DNA from: Nemertoderma westbladi | Taxonomy: Eukaryota > Animalia > Xenacoelomorpha | Direction: 5' to 3' | Assembly: GCA_032718475.1 (NCBI GenBank) | Contig: JAUCBJ010001957.1 | Location: 1-64,000, forward strand | DNA: 64,000 nt | Part shown: in pieces, positions 52,701-64,000 of the stretch | Layout: the number at the start of each line of letters is the position of its first letter | Numbering within the stretch: position 1 is the first letter of the stretch | Position numbers and translations under genes: made by a program | The notes under the pieces: generated by a model | Databases searched by the model: none | Told to the model about the DNA's origin: nothing | The model's input: only the letters and a program-made list of their open reading frames with translations

Positions 52701-55700
52701 TTGCTGGACAACCCAAGTTCCGAACTAAGCTAAACATGTCAGGAATTATGCAGGTTTGGAAATCTACAGTAATTTAGCGGATTATTATGTAGGTGCATTG
52801 TCCACCCCCCAGGATGAACTAGGAGAACATAGTATAAGGTCAGTAAAGATGGTGGCGATAAAGAACTTCGCTACCAGCCAAGTGGAACCTTATAACTGGG
52901 ATGAGGACGATTTCACCCCGCAGCTTGAAATACCTAGATTCGCCACCGATTACCCTGGAGTGCAAATACTCATCGGTCAAAACGCGCATGAAGCGCTCGA
53001 GACATTGGAGAAACGGCCTGCTCAACCGCAACCACTACAAGCTTATGAGGGAAGAACTAGAGTGGGTTGGTACTTTACTGGCCCTTCCCGTAGAACTCTC
53101 ATGGAAAGATTACCGAAAGATCAGGTATATCAAGTAAGAGAATGGGAAGTTGAGAGCAGTGAGTTAGACGATCCAACTGAGGGAACACCATACTCCTCAG
53201 ATAATGACGATGTCCACCAACTCTTCGACGAGGAGAATACCATTGATCTCCTTAAGGTAAACGAGACTTGGCAAAACCAAGTGAACTTATGTCAGCTCCT
53301 TCGTCCATCAGAACGAGACGACTATAACGACGAACTGAATGACGTCATTGAACGTTGTAATGCCAAGACTCGGGATGAACACGCCGTACGATTCTTTACT
53401 CAAGAGGCTGTAGAGCCCAATTCCTACGATAAGGCCCTATCGGTAGAAGAAGAAAGAGCCAAGCAGATCCAAGAGACAACTACACGTTCTCTTAAAGATC
53501 AAGGTAGATATGAAATCGGTCTACCTTTCCGAAAGCGAGAACCAAAGTTCATAAACAACAGACCCTTGGCGGAGAAAAGAATTGCTCAACTACATCGACG
53601 CCTTACGGCAAATTCTTCAGCTAAAGAAATGTATCAAACGCAGTTGAAGAAATTTATTAGCAAGGGATATGCGGAGCGAGTACCGGAAGAAACACCTATA
53701 ACTGAGAGAACATATTATTTAACTCACCATTACGTTCCCAAACCCGGTAAACCCCATGAGGTACGAGTAGTGTTTGACGGCTCCGCCCTCTACATGGGCC
53801 AATCCCTTAATTCCGAATTGTTACCCGGACCCAACTTACTCCAATCCTTGTTGGGAATACTCTTAAGATTAAGACAATATTCAATCGCTTTTGCCTCTGA
53901 TATAGAAGGCATGTTCTTACAAGTCAAGGCGCTGGATAGGGATCGAGATAGCCTACGATTTCTGTGGTGGCCTGAAGGAGACCTCAACCAGAAACCGGTG
54001 GAGTACTGGATGACCATCCAGGCTTTTGGGATAATCTCAAGCCCTTCAAACGCCTGTTCAGTGGTGCGCACCACTGCGGATGACAATCGAGAAGCCTTCT
54101 CTAAAGAGGTGATTGACAACATCAAACGGGATATATACATGGACGACAATCTAAAGTCCCTTCCATCAGTCGAAGAAGCCATTGATGTCGCTAAAGGAAC
54201 GGTAGAGTGCTTAAAAAGAGGTGGATTTCGATTAACTAAATTCACCAGCAACTCCCGTGAGTTTCTGGAGTCGATCCCGGTAGAAGATCGAGGAGCGAAA
54301 GACCTAGATCTAATCAAAGATGATCTTCCAGAAACCAAGACACTTGGTTTGAAATGGGACACAGAGAGAGATATCCTGTTTTTCCAGCTAAAACAGCGAG
54401 ATAATCCAGTTCGGACTAAATGGATTTGTTTAAGTATCCTGAGCACTTATTTCGATCCATTGGGATTTATTAGCCCAGTTATATTGATTGCTCGGAGTTT
54501 AGTACAACAAATGTGGCTTGAAAACCACTCATGGGACGATCCACTTAAGGGAGAATTATTAAAGAAGTGGATGAAATGGGAAGATTCTCTACCAGCCATT
54601 GAGAACTTTATAATTTCCCGTTCATATTTTGGTCATGTTATTCCTATCAACTCCATGTGTTTGGAGACGCCAGCGATATGGGAATAGGTATAGTAGCCTA
54701 CCTAAGAGTGGAAACTCCGGATGGAATCAAAGTCGCCTTGGTTACCTCTAAGGCATTGATAAACAACAAGTTGAAAGTTCCTCAAGAGGAGTTAAAAGCG
54801 GCTCTATACGCTACAGCCATCGGCCGGAATGTAACAGAACAGATCGACTATCCACTGGAGAAAACTGTCTATTGGACCGATGCTTTACTCGTGTTGGAGT
54901 ATATAACCAATGAAGTCTGTCAGTTCAGTGTCTTCGTTACCAACAGAGTAGCCATTATACTTAGTCGCACAAAGATGGATCAATGGAGACATTGCCCCGG
55001 AACGATCAATCCAGCAGACATCGCCTCCAGGGGAGCTACTCCACAAGAACTGGTAGATACTCCAGACTGGTTAGGTGGACCCGAATTCCTCTACAAAGAA
55101 GAAGAAGAATGGCCTCCTCATCTTACTACGGCAGAGATCAGACAGGCCAAGGGAGCGGAGAAAGTCAAACCTAAAACTCGGGCGAGTAAATCGAAGTTAT
55201 TTAAACCTATGGTAGATCTGTCTGTACTACATACTTCCGGAGACGACGCTTTGGATCAGAGGCCCACAGCCATAAATAAGTCTGTTGTGGAAATCCGTGA
55301 GAAGGATTGGAAATCTGGAATACCAGACGTCTCGCAAGGACTCTCACCTCTCCTGCAGAGAACGATATATCACTACAGTTCCTGGAATCGGCTCTGTAAG
55401 GCCGTTACATATTTAAAAAGATGTTTTCACCATCACTACTCCGGGATGAAGACCAATAGTGATACCGCTCTGCTGACATCGGTGCAGGTCCATGTTGTTA
55501 AAGATCTTCCCAAATATAAGATATCCGACAGGTTTCTGAAGGAGAAGATCAGTTATCAGGAGCATGAAGAAACCAACAAGCAGATGCTGAGACTCCTGCA
55601 ATGCTATGATGATTCCGATAAGTATTTCCTGTTGTTGAGAAATCCACAGATGCGCTTAAGGGATCGTTTCTCTAGCACAATGATAGATGGGTTGATACGT

Positions 55701-57011
55701 GTTGGCGGAAGATTAACGAATGCTCCATTATCCTTTGACACTAAGTTTCCCATACTCATTAGAAATCTTGAAATACAAGTCAAGATGATTGTAGATGTTC
55801 ACAGCAAACTTTATCATGCTGGTAGAGAACGAGTTCTTAGCGAAATTCGAACTCGCTATTATTTTTATAAACCCCGTAGAGCTCTGAACCAAGTTCTTAG
55901 GAACTGCATACCCTGTAGGAAAGCATTCAGTAGGCCTTTAACACAGCGAGAGGCAGAATTACCTAGGGAACGAGTAAGCTTCTATGAACCACCCTTTACT
56001 AATACCGGTGTAGATTTATTTGGCCCTATTGAAGTATATCGTGCTAGGACTATAGTCAAGAGATGGTGTGTCATCTTTGTTTGTATGACTTGTAGAGCTA
56101 TCCATCTCGATATGGTGAACGATTTATCTACCAACAGCTTCCTATTAAGCTTACGACGACAGATCGCTCGCTTTGGAACTAGTAACACGATAAGATCTGA
56201 TAAGGGAACAAACTTCATTGGTGCCAACAATGAAATCAAAGCTTACGTCAAAGATTGGAACCAAAGACAGGTGGACGATCAGCTAAGGGTAACAGCGTCT
56301 AGCTGGACCTTTAACGCCGCCGACACCCCTTGGTGGGGAGGAAGTTGGGAGAGATTAATTAGAAGCGTGAAGACCGCATTTCACTTTATAGTGCCGTGCC
56401 GCGCGTATCTCACCGACGAACTTTTGCGGACGTTAATGGAGGAAATCGCCGCCTATCTCAACGAGAGACCGCTTATGCCAGTCTCATCGAGTCCCGATTC
56501 CCTGGAAGCACTAACACCCGCGCACTTCCTACTGAAGAAACCTGTAGCCATGCTCCCACAATCGGAAATCACAGACGGAGACGAATACTGCCGGCAAACT
56601 TGGCAACTCATGCAGTTGTTATCCCGTTGTTTCGCTGACCATTTCGAAAAACACTATCTGCCCACACTACAACTTCGAACGAAGTGGTTTGCGCAGCAAG
56701 AAAACGTCAGCGCTGGAGACATGGTCCTTATTGTGGATTCAGATCTTCCACGTAAGCGGTGGCAGACAGGTCGTATCATCGAGACTCACATCTCGGATGA
56801 CGGTTTGGTGCGATCGGTAGAACTCGTCGTCATGCGACGTAACTTCAAGAAACTGGGAATTGTCTTCGAGACACAGCAGCTCAATCGCCCAGTTGGTCGT
56901 TTATGTTTACTGGAAAGAGACAGAGAACTCTCCGGAAACTATGGAAGACAAGATACTCTTCCCACGACCACCTCCCTAATCCAACAAACATCTAGGGACT
57001 CCCCAGCTTAG
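49782..57011 (+). pseudogene. BEL/Pao gag-pol polyprotein with three frameshifts and one stop
   Basis: KFNGDEMKW..LSNGEKLRFL..RYGN (BEL gag); triple Cys/His cluster CVLCDGTHRLNMC, CYNCLRQGHQRRTC, CAKCDAKHH; ALLDSGS; RVVFDGS, DIEGMFLQV, YMDD; LHVFGDAS, NPADIASRG; GVDLFGP, RSDKGTNF, GGSWERLIR; GLVRSV. Breaks near 50540, 51725, 52760 and 54650. Confidence 0.95.
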
Positions 57012-58649
57012 TAGCGTATGGAGTGGGTGTGTGACCATATTATTTTATATTCTTATCATTTTATATTTATGTATGTATTATTATGTAATTTTCTTATAAT
57101 CGTTTTCTTTAATTTTATTTAGCAGAATATTATTTTAGCGATTATTTAGTAGATTAGTGCAATATATATTCGTGTTTATTATTTAATTACTTATATATTA
57201 TATATTTAGTGCGACGGCGAGAAATAATTCTTTTTCTTTTTCCTTTTCCTTACTGTCCGTATTACATTACAAATACGTAACTACAATAAGATGAAATATC
57301 CGTACTTATTAAAGTACAATAAAGCTCCTACTATATTCAAGTAGTATTGGTAAGTAGAGTATTAGGAATGCAAAATTCAGATCCTCGTGTCTCGGCTAAA
57401 CCAAGCTCTGGGTAGACCTTGGAAACGACTTGCCTCTTCTCACTGACATTGCTTCGTGCGATATTGCTCTCATACCGTATATTAAATAATACATATAGTA
57501 GCATGATGTCCCTTTAACAGTAGCGTATAACGCAAAATAAATCTGTTAAACCCTTTGACCATCTGCAATTCTAGTCGATTAAGATATCGTGGCACCCACT
57601 GATATACTTGAAAGACAAAATTCTAGAATCAGTGGTTAACGTCCCCAGACAAGTTCTGGAATAAACTGGTGCCTATCCTAAATATTAATTATTAATATTT
57701 ACAAAATCTGTCAAATTTTAGATCCTTTAAAATTCTGGTCTATTAAGATATCGTAGCACTTACCGATATTCTTAAAAAGACCAATTTCCTAGAATCAAGG
57801 ATCCCAGTCCCCAGACATGTTCTGGAATAAAATTGTGTCTATTTAACATTAAATAATAAAATTTACGGGAATAAATTTAAATTAATATTTTAATGAATTT
57901 AATAAATTTTCATTTTTATACAATTTATAACATTCCCAAAATTCCTTTAATTAATAGATCATGGGAGCGGAGATTCACTCTATTAAGTGTATTAGTGTGC
58001 GAGAATCTCCAATATATAGTCAATAGCCGATAAAATTCATAAAATCATGTATAGAGAGGATATTGACCATTAAAGAATTACTATTAAATAGCATCCCAGA
58101 TCTGTATGCATGAGAATTACCCTAATTCTACCGCTAGCTTTCCATAATGTCACCATGGCAACAACCACGCTAGAATTAGAAGTGAGTTAAACGAACAATA
58201 GAAAGCTTGCCCCATTGAATAGCATAGGGAATCAATAGCGCACTGCTAGTATCCAAGGATACATAATAATAAAGTGACATTCTGGAAGGCACTGACTAAC
58301 GGACAAATGGCCCGAATGTGTACAGTTTGTGACAGTTGTGTTGAATTTGTGCGTTTATAGGTGAATGTTACTGCTAAAGTGTGTTTACAGTAGCGAGTCG
58401 CAATTGTGAAAGTAGCCCTACTCTGCCGAAAGAACCTGAAGTACATCTAAGCCTTTGGGACGGACAGTGGAGTGACTTGTGCCGGTTATCGTTGTCGTTG
58501 TGTAGCTACATCGTTGGCGAAAGCACAGCGACGACGGTACATCGGCGCTGAGGATCTTGCACTGTCCGGGGGCAAAGAGGGGTAGGCAGCGACGCCCGCT
58601 AGCCTAAAATATAAACTCATTATAATATAGATAAACTCATATAGCAGAT

Positions 58650-61538
58650 ATGACTGAGTTGATAGAAGATGATCTTGGTATCAGGGAGCGATATACTCTA
58701 CCTTTACAAGCGTTTGTCGATAGCTTGATACGCGGCGACGCTGGTCCAACTACTACGGAGAATGATGGTCGTTATATCGAACCGCCAATGTCCCCGGAGC
58801 AACTTACGCGCGAATTGGATTATAGAAAGTTCACCGCTCGCTATACGCATCGTAATGGTACGTATATGGACTTCTTAACTACTGGCCATCCTATCGATTT
58901 ACACGATACGGACGATGTAGACACCGAAAGGGAAATGGTTTTATTTAAATATCATACCCAGCGGAGTCGGAACGATAAACCGAGAATAGAACACGAGAAC
59001 TCTATTCGAAACAGACTCGAAAGGGAAGACGTTGAAGAGCCGGATAAACGCAGCGACTTCAACGATTATCTGGAATTCCTGAGAGAGACATATCTCAATA
59101 TTGCCAGCCAACAAAATCTCGAAACTCGATATCCTCAAGGTATACATCATGATCCTATGATAGAACTCAAACGACTCTATTTCACTATGATGTATCTTAC
59201 CGCCGATTGACCGCTACCTGTCGTCCCAGATAGCTTCGAACAGATGGAGGAATATTGTAAAACTGGAGAACGATCACCCGCATTTCCCCTGCAGGACGTG
59301 CGTCTTTGGTATTACTGCGACGAATGCCCTAGACCCAATCAGCAAACGGAAAGACATAAACATCCGCGGAGACGTTGCGCTAAACACAGTTTTACACGAT
59401 ATACTTATGGGAGTTTCGAGCGAAACCTGTTCGACGTATCACCTACGGTCGCTCGGCTCAAACGATCCTTGAATAAACCAATGATCAGAGTTCCGGAATA
59501 CTCAGTCAGACCTCCTCATTCCTCAGTTAGACCTCAGACTCTTGATCCTAATAGTATCACGGATCCTCCCGAACTGTACTCACTGTTCAAAGATCTAGTG
59601 TTACCCGAACAGTTGATCGGTGGCACTCCGGTAGTGGGCTCGCTAGATATTCGTCAACCCTACCTAGCCGGATTAGGACGCGGTCATCTAATATCGCCGT
59701 TTAACCCGTACAACCGTCCCGGCTTCACCCCGATACAACCCGTTACGGAAGTCGAAGAGAGTGTCGTACGAAACGCTTTAGACGCTATTCGGCAGAAAAT
59801 CGGAAAGGGAACTTACGATTATTTGGAGAAACGTAAATTGCAGCAACAAGTCCAAGCGGTGAAAGAATTAGCTTTACCCCAGTTCGATAGAGAAATACAA
59901 AATCTCGAGGAGGACATCGAACGTGGACGAACCTACTCTTTACAAGAGTTCCTAGATGAGTGTTTACAACAACAAGCGGAGGAAAATCAGCTCGAGGAGA
60001 GACATATAGAACTAGATGAGAGAGAAGAAGCAGCTTTAGCCCAGCCAGAAGCTCAAATCCTTATAACAGATCTCTATTCTAAAACCATTATCCATCCTTC
60101 GATGGTTCCTCATTTCGGAGACAAACTCTTCACCACGGCACAGCCTCAACCGGTTGATATCAACCTAAGATCTCGAGATCTTATCTCTGACGCTCCCATG
60201 TTGCAACGTCCGCTCATCGAATCCGCTCGTGTCGATGGTATACTCGTTGAACCTCCGGACAATAGAGCGGATCTTGTCCGTCGCATGGTACACGATGTTA
60301 ACATACGCGCTAAACCTTTACCGGACTCGTTTTATGGGATCAAAGATCACCCTTATTACGTCAATCTAACACAATATTACATGGTAAAACCGGAAGATCC
60401 TACACATAGTCTGAGGTTTCTACCACTAATAAATCCTCTCGATCTTGTCGAACTCGAACAACTGCAGAAACATCTGGATCAGTTAGTTAAAGTAAACTCA
60501 TTTCGAAAACCATATAATGTTTCCAGAATAGAGAAAGAAACAATACCTCCGTATAATCTTGATGGATTCATCAAAACTCGATTAGTACACTGGAATCTTT
60601 ACGTGTTATTCGAGGAGGAAAGAATACAACGATATGGAGATGTGGAAACATATACTACACAATACTTAAAGTATAGAGATCTACCTAATGCTAGCGAATG
60701 CGCTACCTTGTGGCATCCAGTGGGAATGACTCTCGAAAACGCCACTAAAGAGTGGAACGAGACTCTTAACGTTATCGAGATGTATGGAGTTGTCACTTAC
60801 GATAACGAAGGTAGCGTTCCGGTTGGAGAACTGGGAACTACGCGAATGATACACATACGAGGACTCGCTGGTTCTACCCACATATTTACTCGAGCGTGTT
60901 CCGATGTGATTGATTATTCTTTTGAGACTCTTACTGAGACACAAAAGAAACTCAGACATGGACAATTCGAACTCGCGCAGCGTTACGTCACCGACACCGA
61001 GCGCAAACCGGCCATGGGTATCGATGGATCGATGTTACCCCAGCCCGTGCTCGAGATGTTGTTTAACGAAAGAATCCTTAAAATCGGCTCAGCTGTTTAT
61101 GGAGATCTCCAAAACGACTTTCGGAACATGGAAAACATTCCATACCCTTTCGTTGATACTCAGCTGATTGCTCCCTGGGCAGAAGGCCGAGGTTTCTTCC
61201 GCACTATGTATGCCAATACACCCAGCGGCATTACTAAAGTACAACGAACCTCTATCGGACATCTTGCCTTTCAAGAATACGGATGGAATTTCAAGGTTGG
61301 AAATCCTACCAATTACCAACAAGTATATGGAGATCATTATTCTCGTTTATACTTTGATGGACCATTGACCGCACCTGGCGCCGTATATAGCTTTATGAGT
61401 GTTCCACTTCGTCCCTCCTTAGCTATATACACGATCTTTGAAAACGCAGCACTTGCCGGTTGGCTAGCCGTGCAGTTGTGCAGTCGTACCATGTATCATT
61501 ACTGTAGGCCTATTATGATTAATGACAATAATTATTAG
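58650..61538 (+). CDS. Accessory ORF3 (~960 codons, one internal TGA at 59208-59210) with C-terminal DnaQ/RNase D-like 3'-5' exonuclease domain
   Basis: ORFs 58650-59210 and 59244-61538 share a frame. Motifs VVTYDNEG, LPQPVLEMLFNERILKIGSAVYGD, FVDTQLIA, SIGHLA..YG and LAIYTIFENA follow WRN/EXD/RNase D order; there is also a C-x2-C...C-x2-H cluster and a coiled-coil-like segment. Confidence 0.72.
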
Positions 61539-63296
61539 ATTAGCACAACTCACTAAAAATAAAATTCAATATCTCAATGACACACGGTCTGAAAATATGA
61601 CAGACTACAGCAAGCATACTGCCTGACAGACAAATCCGAAACCTGGAAACACCGCGGTGGTACTGTAATGATAGGCCTACAGGTACAGAGACACTGTCAG
61701 ACTGTTGACTTGACAATGATCTCCTATCTTATCTGGACCAATCAGGAAACAGTATTCGCCTACGCGTATGTATAGGCTTATGTCAAATCGCTCAATGTAA
61801 TGTATAGATACGTGGATACGTACTTACATACGTGTAAAAGTTTAACCCTATGTTTTCTGGTTTTATGCTATTTTAGTTGTTAGTATTCCATTAGGAACAT
61901 ATATCTGCATATGATATTGGACAGTTCAGTAGGGAACATACCCTTAAATAAGCTCCAAAAGTGGGTTCTTATTTAAGGAAAATGGCTCTTATTTAGGGGT
62001 TTTTGGGCCTTTTTTGGATATTTTTTCGACATAATATGCAAGAACATATGATATTGGACAGTTCAGCAGTTGGATATAGCAGAATAGACATGATATAGAC
62101 ATACTGCAGTACTGCTGTATTGTAGTGCTGCAGATTTAGACCTGGCCTACCTGAGACTGGCAGACTGGAGGGAGACTTTTGCAACTGCAGCTCAGCTGTA
62201 CCAGACTGTCTGTATCATTACCGTACCGCATACCGGCAGACCGTCAAAGCGTACCCCGTACTACTGTACAGCTGTACTACAGTCAGACAGTACTGCGGGC
62301 TGGCGGGGTTCCTTCCGTTCCTGATCAGCTGATATGACAGTACAGCAGTATCATACCAGGATACTTGACACTGCTGTACTGTTGACTGGTTGACTGTGTA
62401 GGGTAGGCCTTTTACTGCTGTACTGTAATGCCGGCACAGCATTCTTAAAAATGCAGCTGCAATGCAGCATGCCTGTAAAAGCTTTTGCGGAATTAGCCGG
62501 TTATTTTCCCCGTAAAGTACTCTGTAGTTGGTTTAACAGGCATAAAATGCCGTATCCTTACTGTACTGGTGTTTTAGTGGACATAAAAAGCCATTTCTTC
62601 TGTATGTGTACTTTAGCGGACATAATTAGCAATTCTATGTCGCAATACGCGAAATCCAAGAGGAATTCAAGAGGAAACAGTGTAGTTACTATGACGACAG
62701 CTAACAGCTGAGCTGTACATGTGTAGCTTTTCCTTGTTCTCTGGTGTTTCTTTGTTCGGTCAACCAATCAGAGCGATTCTCCTGCTTTTTGTACAGAAAC
62801 CTCCGAGAAATCGCGCAATGCATTATGGGTCAATGTTTATATTTTGTCCTGAGCCCAGAAGACCGGCTTTGGAATCTCTGTGTTTTCAGTCTTTAGCCCA
62901 ACATTAGTAGGCTTAATTATAGAACGTATATCTGTTATCAAACAAACCTTACTTACTTAACAATTCATACCATACCAAATCACATATCATAACAAGTCAT
63001 ACCTTAACATTGTACTGCTATTTACTGTCGGTTATTCATTATATCAGTTGATGGAATATTATTATATTTGGAATACCGATAAATAATTACAAAACCCTCA
63101 ATCTTCTTGATATACTGAAGGTAAGAGAGACCGGTTACATATAACGATTGCGACTTACATTAAAGTGGTTTTTGAAGTGAATCTAATGCTATTTCATAGG
63201 CACTACATGTATTGGTTGTTGTTCTCTTTATATGTGACTAAAATTAGTGAAGGTCGGCAGATCGGTGTGCAGCATTGTGCAGTATTGTGTATGATT
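61491..63296 (+). repeat. Long direct repeat, copy 2 (partner 38183-39973), interrupted on the right by a TIR element
   Basis: Near-identity with copy 1 stops exactly at CCCTGCAAACA (63297). Confidence 0.95.
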
Positions 63297-64000
63297 CCCT
63301 GCAAACATTTTACGTTAATTACGCTAATCTAACGTTAGACTTTAGTCTGTTTTAGGTTAGAAAAATAAAGTTATAAAAATAACTTAGAACAAACGTTTTC
63401 TAACGTCTTATAATCGTTTAAAAACTACATGTCTAAAATCAACTAAACCCAAACGTTAAACTGACGTTCAATTTTAACATAGATTTTTAACGTTATTTTG
63501 AAACGTCTGACATTGGTTAAATTTAATCATGTACAAAAATGACTAAACCCAAACGTTAAACAGACGTTGAATTTTAACATCAATTTTTAACGTTATTTTG
63601 AAACGTCTGACATTGGTTAAATTTAATCATGTACAAAAATGACTAAACCCAAACGTTAAACAGACGTTGAATTTTAACATCAATTTTTAACGTTATTTTG
63701 AAACGTCAGACATTGGTTAAATTTAATCATGAACATAAATCACTAAACCCAATATTAAACAAACGTTGAAATTTAACATCGATTTTTAATGTTAATTTAA
63801 AACGTCTGACATTGGTTAAATAGAATCATTCTTGTATTAGAAAATTGTAATGTAATTTAGTCACGTTAATATTTATTGCAACAGGTCCACTGGAATATAG
63901 TGTTGTAATTATTCAGTGTCATGCAACTATCACTCAAGTTGTACCTTGTGGTCTTACTTTTGTACCTGGGGGGGGGGGGGGGGGGGGGTGTGGTCTTACT
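63297..64000. mobile_element. Left part of an EnSpm/CMC-like element with 100-bp subterminal tandem repeats
   Basis: Starts CCCTGCAAACA; ctaaaccc(a)aa..ttaaac recurs at ~63443, 63543, 63643 and 63743; aacgtt-rich like 35741-37295; right TIR not in the window. Confidence 0.65.

Larger units (their letters stand above)
39166..61490 (+). mobile_element. Giant BEL/Pao LTR retrotransposon with accessory ORFs (limits approximate)
   Basis: BEL/Pao gag-pol at 49782-57011 and extra ORFs at 42609 and 58650. The left limit is inferred from where similarity to the 1-3045 copy stops. That the 39-43.7 kb part belongs to the same element is an inference. Confidence 0.65.

Noticed and set aside
53790-54446. 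218-aa antisense ORF and similar short ORFs opposite pol
   Set aside because: Shadow frames of the retroelement coding strand.
57015-57040. PPT plus 3' LTR start right after pol (ggagtgggtg TGTGACC)
   Set aside because: No matching 5' copy of the following sequence in the window; it may be an internal purine tract.
58510-58600. Hammerhead ribozyme (gaaa ... ctgagga)
   Set aside because: Stems I-III cannot be paired consistently around the core motifs.

Overview
AT-rich, transposon-saturated animal (probably marine invertebrate) genomic DNA. Only one host gene is recognisable: a four-exon RPS23 (uS12) on the minus strand (15573-26587, 143 aa), whose third intron is almost entirely a ~9-kb 22/26-bp satellite. 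The left half holds nested non-autonomous DNA transposons (MULE-like with 9-bp TSDs, IS3EU-like with 6-bp TSDs, Sola-like, EnSpm/CMC-like), a Deu/Nin-type SINE, minisatellites, LINE fragments and a decayed CsRn1-clade Gypsy element. The right half is a very large BEL/Pao element (~39.2-61.5 kb). It has a ~3-kb non-coding leader/LTR-like region whose hairpins covary against a diverged inverted copy at 1-3045, an orphan 241-aa ORF upstream of gag, a structured pol-ORF3 spacer, and a ~960-codon extra ORF ending in a DnaQ/RNase D-like (DEDDy) 3'-5' exonuclease domain. Nested inside it is a young, atypical LTR retrotransposon with no tRNA-type PBS, a doubled PPT and no matching TSD. All calls were made by eye; the LTR limits and PBS of the BEL/Pao element could not be fixed.
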